A stretch of DNA of 52,547 nucleotides, from contig CAZTWC010000004.1 of the NCBI GenBank assembly GCA_964617105.1, positions 1 through 52,547 of the forward strand, written 5' to 3'. Under the pieces are notes generated by a model. That model had not been told where the DNA came from. It worked only from the letters and a program-made list of their open reading frames with translations, and ran no database searches. Source of the DNA: an uncultured Myxococcia bacterium (GTDB lineage Bacteria > CAZTWC01). Position numbers and translations under genes: made by a program. Positions 1-8,978 of the stretch are shown here, in pieces (position 1 is the first letter of the stretch; every line of letters starts with the position of its first letter).

Positions 1-2
1 TT

Positions 3-794
3 AAAGAGATAACCCTTTTAGGACAAAATGTTAACTCCTACGGAAAAACGGATCTTATGGGGGGTGATTTTGTCCATCTGCTCAAACAGGTTTGTGCGGT
101 TGACGGTATCTTGCGGGTGAGATTTACCACCTCACATCCAAAAAATATTAACCACAGTCTGCTGGAACTTATGGCCATGGAACCAAAACTGTGCAACCAC
201 CTTCACCTTCCTCTGCAATCCGGCTCTGACCGGGTGCTGAAAAAGATGAACCGCAAGTATGATATAGCCCATTATCTCAAGTGGATAGATCTTTTTAAAC
301 AGCATATTCCAACAATTGGACTTTCTACCGATATCATTGTAGGATTTCCAGGAGAAGATAAACAAGATTTTCAACAGACTATTGAAGTTTTGGAAAGGGT
401 TCGTTTTGACAATGTCTACTCCTTTGTTTTTTCGGCCCGGCCTCACACTGCAGCAGCGGCCATGCAGGACGGACTTTCGGAAGGACGGAAAAAGGAACGG
501 CTACAGTTTCTGCAGCAGCGACAATACCAAATAACCCTGGAGAACAATAAGGCCCTGGCCGGAGAGACAAAAAAAGTATTAGTGGAGTCTTTTAACCAGC
601 AGCAATACACCGGCAGGAGTGAATGTAACCGGGTGGTTAATATCGACCGGCAAAAGAGGATGGATAATCCGGTAAACCTTCAATCTAAAATTGCTGACCA
701 AGTTGAAATAATCGGCCAGGAAAAAGAGATAAAAATTACCAAAGGCCTGCCCCACTGTTTACTGGGTGAATTTAATGCAAACCGGGAGAAATAA
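3..794 (+). CDS. miaB: tRNA-2-methylthio-N6-dimethylallyladenosine synthase MiaB (5'-truncated by window edge)
   Basis: The frame is open from base 3 (KEITLLGQNVNSYG, upstream of the ORF-track Met at 57). It carries methylthiotransferase motifs RVRFTTSHP, HLHLPLQSGSDRVLKKMNR, STDIIVGFPGE and FSARPHTAAA, plus a C-terminal TRAM domain (VLVE..GRSECNRVV). Confidence 0.93.
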   Translation, partial: KEITLLGQNVNSYGKTDLMGGDFVHLLKQVCAVDGILRVRFTTSHPKNINHSLLELMAMEPKLCNHLHLPLQSGSDRVLKKMNRKYDIAHYLKWIDLFKQHIPTIGLSTDIIVGFPGEDKQDFQQTIEVLERVRFDNVYSFVFSARPHTAAAAMQDGLSEGRKKERLQFLQQRQYQITLENNKALAGETKKVLVESFNQQQYTGRSECNRVVNIDRQKRMDNPVNLQSKIADQVEIIGQEKEIKITKGLPHCLLGEFNANREK

Positions 795-1280
795 ATGTTT
801 ATTAAAATGCGCGTGGCAGGATTGACTATAGATCCTTTTACCAATATGCCCATTGTCATTTTAAAAGACTCCGATGACAAAGAAACAATCCCCATTTGGA
901 TTGGTCTGGTTGAGGCTTCCGCTATTGCCACTGAACTGGAAAATATTGAGTTGGCCCGGCCCATGACTCATGACTTGATTAAAAACATGCTTACTCAGTT
1001 GGATGTTATAGTGGACCGTGTTGAGATAAACGAATTGCGGGAAAACACTTATTACGCTTCTATTTTTTTGAAAAAAGGAAAAGAGTCTTTTGAGATCGAC
1101 TCCCGGCCTTCCGATGCCATCGCTCTGGCTCTGCGCACCAATGCTGATATTCAGGTGGCTAAAAAAGTGATCGAGAAATCGCGCAACATCGATCTGCGTG
1201 AAAGCCAGGAAGACAAAGACAAGTGGACTGAACTCTTAGAAAATATGTCGAATGATGATTTTGGCAAGTATAAAATGTAA
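795..1280 (+). CDS. bifunctional nuclease family protein (DUF151/BFN)
   Basis: Motifs PIVILK, IPIWIG..EA.AI, RPMTHDL, TYYA and DSRPSDAIALALR. Starts immediately after the miaB stop. Confidence 0.92.
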   Translation: MFIKMRVAGLTIDPFTNMPIVILKDSDDKETIPIWIGLVEASAIATELENIELARPMTHDLIKNMLTQLDVIVDRVEINELRENTYYASIFLKKGKESFEIDSRPSDAIALALRTNADIQVAKKVIEKSRNIDLRESQEDKDKWTELLENMSNDDFGKYKM

Positions 1281-1282
1281 GG

Positions 1283-1359
<77 letters not shown>

Positions 1360-1425
1360 AAACCAAATAATAACTATCTTTTAGCACTAAATTAAAATAG
1401 TTTCAAGCTTCTCTACTTTCATAAA

Positions 1426-2967
1426 ATGCACACCCAATTAAACTCTCTCCAACTCCATGAAATAAATCAACGGTTCACCGCTGAACATTTTTCCCTAAAA
1501 GAGTGTGACCGTATCTCTTATAGCCGTGATCTATGGCCTCAAGATTTGATTAATCTCCGTCATCAGGATATTGAACCCAGGATAAGTTGTGTAATCTGGC
1601 CTCAAAATGAAGATGATCTAACCTGGTTATTTGATTTTGCCGGTCAGCATAAAATCCCCATAATACCATTTGGCGCCGGGTCCGGCGTATGTGGCGGCAC
1701 TTTTCCTGCCCGGGGCGGCATTATCCTGGACCTGAAAAAAATGAGCCGGCTAATAAAAATAAACCGGTTGGACATGAGCGCTACCATAGAATGCGGCAAA
1801 ATCGGCCAGCATTTGGAGGAGGAGTTGAACCGAGCCGGTTTTACCATGGGGCATTTTCCCTCATCCATCTATTGCTCCACCCTGGGCGGGTACCTGGCCA
1901 GTCGCAGCGCCGGCCAGTTCTCCAGCCGGTATGGTAAAATTGAAGATATGGTTTTGGATTTCCGTTTTATTTCACCTGGGCAAAGGCCAATAGACACCGC
2001 CCTCATGGAGTCAGGCGCCAACAGCCTCAACCAGGTTTTACTCGGTTCCGAAGGGACGTTGGGAATCTTTTCCCAGGCCAGGTTGCGCATCTATCCCTAT
2101 ACATCCAATTTTCTGTGGCGCGGCTTTTCCTTTAAAGATATTCTCCAGGGGATAGAGGCTCTTAAAAGAATTTTTCAGTCTGGATTGCGGCCCACAGTTG
2201 CCCGACTCTACGATCCATTCGATTCCCTGCTGAACAAACTCCATTCAGAAGATGAACCATCTAAGCAGCCAGGGAAAAAACTGGGATACACCTTCGACCC
2301 GCTACTGGAAGAGGCATTGAACCTGGTTACCCGAAAAACCATTAATAAACTGCTTGGACAGCCAAAACTGCTTAACCACCTGGCCAGCAAACTGCCCTCC
2401 GGCTGCCGCCTGGTATTGGGTTTTGAAAACCGGGGGGCCATAGATTTTGAGGCTGCTTCTCATTGCTTTAACTTGCTTAGATCAATGGGTGGAAAAGATT
2501 TGGGAGAAAGCCCTGGGAAATATTGGCTCCAGCATAGGTACAAGGTGGCTTATAAGCAGTCTAAAATATTCGATGCCGCCGCTTTTGTAGATACTATGGA
2601 AGTGGCTGCCACCTGGGATAATCTGCTCCCCATGTACCAGCAGGTAAGAAAAGTGATCGCCCCATACGCCTTTATTATGGCTCATTTTTCCCATGCCTAC
2701 CAGGAGGGATGCTCCATATACTTTACCTTTGCCGTGGCTGACCGCGGTAAAGATGAGTCACTTTCCCATTACCAAAAAATTTGGAGAGAAGGACTATCAT
2801 CGGTAATTTCCTGCGGCGGCACCATTAGCCATCACCACGGTCTGGGAAAACTAAAACAGGATTTTGTCCATCAGGAAATGGGGAATTTTTTCCCTTACTT
2901 CCAAAAGATAAAACAGACCTTTGATCCCCTGGGGATCATGAATCCAGAAAAACTGGGCTTATTATAA
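1426..2967 (+). CDS. FAD-binding oxidoreductase, alkyldihydroxyacetonephosphate synthase (AGPS/ADAS)-like
   Basis: PCMH-type FAD-binding motifs IPFGAGSGVCGG, TMGHFPSSIYCSTLGGYLASRSAGQFSSRYGKIEDMV and GSEGTLG; AHFSHAYQEGCSIYFTF; C-terminal GGTISHHHGLGK...FDPLGIMNP. The HHHG motif is typical of the AGPS branch. Confidence 0.85.
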   Translation: MHTQLNSLQLHEINQRFTAEHFSLKECDRISYSRDLWPQDLINLRHQDIEPRISCVIWPQNEDDLTWLFDFAGQHKIPIIPFGAGSGVCGGTFPARGGIILDLKKMSRLIKINRLDMSATIECGKIGQHLEEELNRAGFTMGHFPSSIYCSTLGGYLASRSAGQFSSRYGKIEDMVLDFRFISPGQRPIDTALMESGANSLNQVLLGSEGTLGIFSQARLRIYPYTSNFLWRGFSFKDILQGIEALKRIFQSGLRPTVARLYDPFDSLLNKLHSEDEPSKQPGKKLGYTFDPLLEEALNLVTRKTINKLLGQPKLLNHLASKLPSGCRLVLGFENRGAIDFEAASHCFNLLRSMGGKDLGESPGKYWLQHRYKVAYKQSKIFDAAAFVDTMEVAATWDNLLPMYQQVRKVIAPYAFIMAHFSHAYQEGCSIYFTFAVADRGKDESLSHYQKIWREGLSSVISCGGTISHHHGLGKLKQDFVHQEMGNFFPYFQKIKQTFDPLGIMNPEKLGLL

Positions 2968-4085
2968 TGAACGTCAAACTGCCTCGTAAAATCCCGGCCA
3001 ATATCCAGGATATAATAAAACTTATACACAGTTGCCACGGCCAGAATAAAAACATTTTGGTCCACAACCTGGTGGCGCCTACAACCCCCATTGAAAATGC
3101 AGTTCAACTGGATTTACGCCGAATTAACCACCTGGATATCAACCCAAAAGTACCCCTGGTAAAAGTTGGCGGCGGGAAAACCGGCCAAGAGATAGAAGAA
3201 CAATTAGCCCCCGACTATACTATAGGTTGGCTGCCTTCCTTTGCCGGAAAGATGAAGATTGGTGATTTCTTTGCCAATTTTACCACTTTATGGCGCCGCC
3301 CCCGCTTTTTGCCCCTGGAGGGAAATCCTTTGGGACTAAAGGTGATAGACAGCCATGGCGAAATCCTCGATTCAAAGGTGGTGACTCCCCGCTCCGCCGC
3401 TGGGCCCGACCTGAAATACCTTTTTTGCGGCTGGCCCCATATAGGTGGAATCGTGGTGGAGGTGATTTTACGCCTCTACCATCAACCTGGTCCCCGTCAT
3501 ATTTTCTCTTTTGGTGATCAGCGGTTGGAAGAGGCCCTGGACAGAATACGTGGACTTCTGCACCAGAATATAAATCCTCTACACATCTCCATAATCCCCC
3601 TATGGAATATTAAAAAGAAAAAACAGGCCGAGTTAGATTGGAGTTCCGCTCAATATGTTACAACTTTGGTTCTTGAAGAGTTCAGCCCTACCTTTCGGGA
3701 GGAAAAGGCCGCCCTTCTCTCCGCTTCTAGCAATGGCCAGGTATTTTTTCAAAATGGCTATACCGAAACTTGGCCGCTAGAGCCATACCACCATTTATGG
3801 TATAATTTAGGCCCCCGGGGCATTTGCTGGCAAAAAAAACCTCTATGGTATCTACATAGAAGATATAAGTGGTCTGCCTTAAAAGAGCAATTTAGCCATC
3901 TCCAGGAATTAATGAAAGATAAAACCTGTGTTTTTACCATCTCCAACTTTGATCTCAACGGCCTGGATATCACCTTATCGGTGCTGGAGAATTCTCTTCA
4001 GAACAACCAGCCTCCTATCTCTCCGCTGATGAAAACCTTAAAACAACAACTTGACCCAGAGGAAATGTTTCTATGGCCCAAATAA
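2967..4085 (+). CDS. degenerate FAD-linked oxidase (GlcE-like/VAO-PCMH family) partner subunit
   Basis: Retains LDLRRIN, PRSAAGPDLKYLFCG..GGIVVEVILRL and C-terminal LKQQLDPEE. Lacks the GxGS FAD loop and the HHG motif. Overlaps the upstream stop by 1 bp (TAATG). Confidence 0.65.
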   Translation: MNVKLPRKIPANIQDIIKLIHSCHGQNKNILVHNLVAPTTPIENAVQLDLRRINHLDINPKVPLVKVGGGKTGQEIEEQLAPDYTIGWLPSFAGKMKIGDFFANFTTLWRRPRFLPLEGNPLGLKVIDSHGEILDSKVVTPRSAAGPDLKYLFCGWPHIGGIVVEVILRLYHQPGPRHIFSFGDQRLEEALDRIRGLLHQNINPLHISIIPLWNIKKKKQAELDWSSAQYVTTLVLEEFSPTFREEKAALLSASSNGQVFFQNGYTETWPLEPYHHLWYNLGPRGICWQKKPLWYLHRRYKWSALKEQFSHLQELMKDKTCVFTISNFDLNGLDITLSVLENSLQNNQPPISPLMKTLKQQLDPEEMFLWPK

Positions 4086-5671
4086 TTATATACGACAAAA
4101 AGAGTAGATCGGAAAAATCCTACCCCTTAAAAGGGGAAACTATTGTTATTGGTCGGGGAAAAACATGCCATATCCATATATTGAACATGAAAGTGTCTCG
4201 AAACCATGCGGAGATCCAGATTCAAGGAGATGAATATTATATCAATGACCTTAACAGCCGCAACGGTTCTTTTTTAAACGGCCAAAAAATTAAGCGTCAC
4301 AAACTATCTGGCAACGATGTCATCTTTTTGGGCGATGAACAGGGTTCAGATTTGGAAATGGTCTTTAAATATGCCCCCCTCCCACCGATCCAAAAAGAGG
4401 AGGACCCGATCGACCAAAGCGAACTGCTCTCATCAGAATCCAGCATCATCTCCCTTGATGACCAGAACCTGACCGGAGATAACCTGGAACAAATAGACCT
4501 AAAAAAAATACCCAAAGAGACCCATCACATTACGGCAAAAGATTATCTGAAAGCGATCCAAATAGAAAAAGAACGCTTTTTTCTTTTACAAAAAATTTCT
4601 GAGATCCTGTATAGCACCGACAGTCTATACAGTTTTATGCGCAAAGTTCTGGAGTTGATTTCCAGAGTTATCAAACCTGATAGAGGAGCCATAATCTCCT
4701 ATAAAACCGGAGAAGATAGTTTTTTTACCGAGCATGTCGTTTTCAATGAACATTGTAAGTCAGAATTGATAAAGGCCCCCTTTAGCCAAACGCTGATGCG
4801 GCGCACCCTAAAAGATCGGGTGGCAATTTTAACCAAAGATGCTAAACAAGATCCCCGTTTTATGCACGGCGGCAGTATTATGCGTTACGAAATCCACTCG
4901 GCCATGGTTATTCCCCTGTGGAGAAAAGAGGAGATAGTGGGAATAATCTACCTGGACAGTTTTTCCTTTTCTCCATATTTTTCCAAGTATTACCTGGAAT
5001 TATTAACAGCAGTCGCCTATCAAATAACCGTGGCGCTAAAACAAGCTCAGCAAAACGCCCGCTTACGGTTGGAATCGGCCCACAAAGAGGAATTGCTGGA
5101 TTCTATCCTGGATATCAACAAATATGTTTCCCTGTCCCAACCCAAGCCCAAAGAGTACAGTAACAGCCATGACCTGATCAATGACGCTGTGGACAGCAGA
5201 TCGCTATTGGAAGCCGGACTGACGCAAATGATCAAAATTCTCAATGTGACCGAAGGAGCTGTCTTTATTCGAGAGGATAAAAAAAAATATCCGCTTTACG
5301 TTTTCAAGGGTAGAAGAACCATGATAAGCGGCAGCTTTTCCCTGAAAATAAAGACCAAAGACCTGGAAACATTTATGACCGCGCCGGAGGTGATATATTT
5401 AAAAAACAGTGATCACGCCTGGCAACTGGAACAATTTATCTCCAACAATCAACTGCTGCTGGATGAGCTTGATGCCCGGATTATTTTGCCCTTTATTTAT
5501 AGAGACCGTCTGAATGCCATTGTCGTGCTGTCCATCAAAGTAGATGATGACAAATATGTGGATGAAGATTTTTACTATTTGGATACCCTGAGTGGTTTCC
5601 TGTCCATCAAGCTGGCTCAATACTTTTATTTCCGCTACCTTGCCAAACACCTGTTGAAAAGAAAAAAATAG
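4073..5671 (+). CDS. FHA domain + tandem GAF domain signalling protein
   Basis: FHA motifs IGRG..C.I....VSRNHAEI....DLNSRNGSFLNG. First GAF: DAKQDPRF..SI....IHSAMVIPLW....VGIIYLD. Second GAF-like region: IILPFIYRDRLNAIVVL..K..D..Y.DED. Confidence 0.85.
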   Translation: MAQIIIYDKKSRSEKSYPLKGETIVIGRGKTCHIHILNMKVSRNHAEIQIQGDEYYINDLNSRNGSFLNGQKIKRHKLSGNDVIFLGDEQGSDLEMVFKYAPLPPIQKEEDPIDQSELLSSESSIISLDDQNLTGDNLEQIDLKKIPKETHHITAKDYLKAIQIEKERFFLLQKISEILYSTDSLYSFMRKVLELISRVIKPDRGAIISYKTGEDSFFTEHVVFNEHCKSELIKAPFSQTLMRRTLKDRVAILTKDAKQDPRFMHGGSIMRYEIHSAMVIPLWRKEEIVGIIYLDSFSFSPYFSKYYLELLTAVAYQITVALKQAQQNARLRLESAHKEELLDSILDINKYVSLSQPKPKEYSNSHDLINDAVDSRSLLEAGLTQMIKILNVTEGAVFIREDKKKYPLYVFKGRRTMISGSFSLKIKTKDLETFMTAPEVIYLKNSDHAWQLEQFISNNQLLLDELDARIILPFIYRDRLNAIVVLSIKVDDDKYVDEDFYYLDTLSGFLSIKLAQYFYFRYLAKHLLKRKK

Positions 5672-5675
5672 CCCC

Positions 5676-7154
5676 TCAACTCCGTAATGAGATCAAAAAT
5701 GTGGTGCCGCCGGTTTTGTTCTGACGTAGAATTATCTCGCCCTGGTGCTGCAAAACAATTTTTTTAACAATTGCCAGTCCCAGGCCGGTGCCGGTTTCCT
5801 TGGTGGTAAAATAGGGATCAAAGATTTTTTTTCGATATTTTTCTGGAATTCCCGGGCCATCATCTTCGATACCGATTACCAAATTACTATTCTCAGTGAA
5901 CGCATAAATGCGGATATTGGGCTTGCGGCCGCTATTGGCCTGGATGCTGTTGGAAATAAGGTTGTAAAGGACCCGCTTAAATAGCAGGCGGTCCAATCCA
6001 GCCTCTATATGGGGTGGAACCTCGCAGACAATTTCCGCCTGCTGGGAAAAATAGTTGTACGCCAGGAGAAAGTCATCAATAAACTCCTTGAGCGATTCCT
6101 GGGTGGAGTTGACATCAGGCAATTTAGCAAATTCGGAGAACTCTTGAACCAGAGTCTTTAAAGAATTTATCTCCTCTGAAATAATATCAACCGCCTCGTT
6201 TAACAGTTTGGTAAACTTCGGGTCCCGGCCGTTATATTTGCCCTGCACCTGCTGAATAGCCAGATTGATGGGAGTAAGAGGATTTTTAATCTCATGGGCC
6301 AGACGACGGGCGATCTCCTGCCATCCCGAAACCTTCTCCAGATACACTATTTTATCCCGGTTCTCTTTCAGCTCGTTGACCATCATATTAAAGGATCTCA
6401 TTAGTTGGCTCAGTTCATCTTGACCCTTAACCTCCACTTGAAAATCCAGGTCACCTTTCGATACCCGGCGAGTGGCGGCACTCAATATGGCCATGCGCCT
6501 GGTAATGGTGCGGGCGATAAACATTCCCAATAAAAATACCGCCATAATAACCAGGCCAAAAGCCACAAAAAAACCGTAAGCATACCCCTTTTTAATGTTA
6601 TCCAGGTTGCTGGTAAATACTTTATAGATCTCGGTTAATTCCCCACTTCTGGAAAACTTGTTAAAATGGGAGCGGTTGATCACAAAAGTAATTTCAGCAT
6701 GAAGTTTTTGAAGAAGATATTTTTCTTCTGGCGGAGGAATTACCCGGTTGATGGTCATTTTACGCCACTGGCTGTCTAAAAAGGTTTGATCAGCTTTAAT
6801 CTCCAGGATGGTATTTTGCCGATCTGCCACCCGAATCTTTTCAAACCAGGGATTATCTATCATATATTTTTTTAAAAATTTTACCAAATCCTCCTTTTTT
6901 CCGGCATAACTCTTCCTGCTCATCCTGATGTCATTGGTAAGAGCATCTGCCTGGAGGCGGTAATACAGTTTTCTAAGCCGGAACATCTCCCGGTAAAGGT
7001 CGGTCACTTCCTGCAGGCCCTGGTTTATTTGCCGGTTTATACCGAAGGACAGAGTTTCCTCCAACAGCCGATTCACCAGGTACCCAGAGAACAGCAAGGG
7101 AACAATTGAGGTAAAAAAAAGGATTAAAATTATTTTCCGGTCGAATCTTCCCAT
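5676..7154 (-). CDS. membrane sensor histidine kinase (NtrY-like, HAMP-HisKA-HATPase)
   Basis: Two TM segments, HAMP (VSKGDL...DEL..L..SFN.M), H-box WQEIARRLAHEIKNPLTPI, N-box NLISNSIQA, G1 DDGPGI, F-box FDPYFTTK, G2 GTGLGLAIV. Start placed at ATG 7154 (ORF track gives 7181). Confidence 0.92.
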   Translation of the reverse strand: MGRFDRKIILILFFTSIVPLLFSGYLVNRLLEETLSFGINRQINQGLQEVTDLYREMFRLRKLYYRLQADALTNDIRMSRKSYAGKKEDLVKFLKKYMIDNPWFEKIRVADRQNTILEIKADQTFLDSQWRKMTINRVIPPPEEKYLLQKLHAEITFVINRSHFNKFSRSGELTEIYKVFTSNLDNIKKGYAYGFFVAFGLVIMAVFLLGMFIARTITRRMAILSAATRRVSKGDLDFQVEVKGQDELSQLMRSFNMMVNELKENRDKIVYLEKVSGWQEIARRLAHEIKNPLTPINLAIQQVQGKYNGRDPKFTKLLNEAVDIISEEINSLKTLVQEFSEFAKLPDVNSTQESLKEFIDDFLLAYNYFSQQAEIVCEVPPHIEAGLDRLLFKRVLYNLISNSIQANSGRKPNIRIYAFTENSNLVIGIEDDGPGIPEKYRKKIFDPYFTTKETGTGLGLAIVKKIVLQHQGEIILRQNKTGGTTFLISLRS

Positions 7155-7179
7155 AGGAGTTGTCCCTTTTATAATTAAC

Positions 7180-7213
7180 AAACAAAAAGAATTCCCGGCA
7201 TTCTAATGCCGGG
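7180..7213 (-). terminator. probable intrinsic terminator overlapping the glycosyltransferase stop codon
   Basis: Perfect inverted repeat CCCGGCATT-CT-AATGCCGGG at 7194-7213. On the minus strand it is followed by AATTCTTTTTGTTTG. Confidence 0.5.
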
Positions 7214-8969
7214 TTGAATGGCGTTCCATTCGTTGGTAAATCAACATAATGGGCACGCCATCCAGGTAGATGCCAGATTTGGGGATTACGGTTTGATAAT
7301 CCCGCCAAATATCCATTTCATCAACCCTTTTCTCTTTGGCATGGTGATATAGAGAAAATTGGCTCAGCGGGATGGGTAAAGTCTGATCGCCGGCGTATAC
7401 TATATCATCCCGCAACCGTCCTTCTCTTTTATAGATATCATAGGAATACCAGGTGGTGTTGTGAAAATATACCTTGGCCTCTTTGGGGCTGTGTTTGTTC
7501 AACTCTGGCAAGGCATACAGAGAGGTGTATCCCCAAAATTGCCGCGGCAGGCCATACCTTCCCGAGCCATTGTTGCCCCCCACCAAGATATTGTAATAGG
7601 AGGTGCCGTGAGGATAATTGTGGCCTAGAGCCAAAACGGGCGGGATAAAAAAACAGCATATTAAAATAGCCATCAGCAGCAAAGAGATTCCCCAAGAAGT
7701 TAATTGGGGAGACAAAAAAGAGCGCAGATTTTGATAAATAGAGTGAAAACCCCATCCGGCCATTAAGGCCAAAAAGGGGATAGCCGGCAGCCAGTGTTTA
7801 ATCCCGCCGAAGATAGGGGTGGAAGGCAGGGCGATAAGTATAAAGGGGATAATTAAATTTATCGCCACCAGATAATCTGCGCTTTTTGGGGAGGAATCTT
7901 CAGGGTTGAATGCGGAGATTATACGAGAGATAAAACCAAAACCAAACAGGAGCAGCAGAGCAACCGGCGTAGTTATCAGGCTCATCACAAAAGGGTAGCC
8001 TATTGGAAAAGGGGGGGTATCCAAAAAGACGCCAAAATATTCCACCGGGTAGTGAACGTGGTGAAGGTGAAAACTCAAATACTGCCAAATCCTGGTAAAA
8101 GTGTCGTGCCAAATATAGGGCCAGTGAACAAAAAAAATAGCCGGTCCCAAAATGGCCATAGAGATAAATTGTGTCTCCAGCCTGGGTATTGGTATTTTCA
8201 CCCGCCCTATTTTTAAGCGAGGTAACTTTTTCCAGTTAGTGATAAAATAAAAAATCAAATAGACTGGAGGGATGAAAAAGGAGTTCAGTTTTACGCAGAG
8301 AGATAGCCCCCAGGCGGCGCCGGCCAGCCAACCGCATAAACGGCTGTGTCTCGAGCGCCATAAAAGATAAAAGCAGAGAAACCAAAAAAAGGTGATGGGC
8401 ATATCAAAGCAGGCTAAATGGGCGTGAAAAAATACTCGCGGCATCAGAGCAAAGGTGAGTACCGCCCCCAATCCTGCCAAACGGCTGTATGCCTGCCTTC
8501 CAAAAAGGTAGATCAAGATCAGTAAAAAGGCGCTAAAAAGCATGGCCGGGAATCGATAGGCAGTACCTTCCAGGGAAAACAGTTGCAACTTCTGGTGCAG
8601 CAATTTATGGGAAAAGGCAAAAAGGGTTTTCATCAACACCGGGTGTTCCCAATTATAACTGAAATAACGGTCGATATTAGCTTTCTCAAAAGAGGCGCCT
8701 AATTTGCCCCGGCTAAAATTGTCGGCTAATTCATTGTACCAGCCAATATACTGCCTGGCTGCTTCAAAATAGAAACCCTCGTCCCGGGTATAACCAATAT
8801 CCGGGGCAGTAAAGATCAGCAACAGTAAAAAAGTTAAAGCCACCCCAAAAGCCAGCAACAGGTCAAAGGCATTCAGCCCTTTGCCGCTATTATCAATGAC
8901 CTCTTTTGCCATGCTTGCTGTAATTGGGGCGGATTCAATTTTGATAAATTTTTTCCACATATTATTCAT
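7203..8969 (-). CDS. GT-C fold membrane glycosyltransferase (ArnT/PMT_2, GT39/GT83-like)
   Basis: More than 10 TM segments. First loop has TRDEGFY (DE motif), then EHPVLMK, YRFPA.LFS, MPRVFFHAHLACFDMP and GLSLCVKLN, followed by a soluble C-terminal domain. Confidence 0.85.
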   Translation of the reverse strand: MNNMWKKFIKIESAPITASMAKEVIDNSGKGLNAFDLLLAFGVALTFLLLLIFTAPDIGYTRDEGFYFEAARQYIGWYNELADNFSRGKLGASFEKANIDRYFSYNWEHPVLMKTLFAFSHKLLHQKLQLFSLEGTAYRFPAMLFSAFLLILIYLFGRQAYSRLAGLGAVLTFALMPRVFFHAHLACFDMPITFFWFLCFYLLWRSRHSRLCGWLAGAAWGLSLCVKLNSFFIPPVYLIFYFITNWKKLPRLKIGRVKIPIPRLETQFISMAILGPAIFFVHWPYIWHDTFTRIWQYLSFHLHHVHYPVEYFGVFLDTPPFPIGYPFVMSLITTPVALLLLFGFGFISRIISAFNPEDSSPKSADYLVAINLIIPFILIALPSTPIFGGIKHWLPAIPFLALMAGWGFHSIYQNLRSFLSPQLTSWGISLLLMAILICCFFIPPVLALGHNYPHGTSYYNILVGGNNGSGRYGLPRQFWGYTSLYALPELNKHSPKEAKVYFHNTTWYSYDIYKREGRLRDDIVYAGDQTLPIPLSQFSLYHHAKEKRVDEMDIWRDYQTVIPKSGIYLDGVPIMLIYQRMERHSTRH

Positions 8970-8978
8970 TATTAGTCA

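Noticed and set aside
645-715. Apparent short insertion in the MiaB TRAM domain
   Set aside because: In frame and short; likely ordinary loop variation, with no intein or intron signatures.
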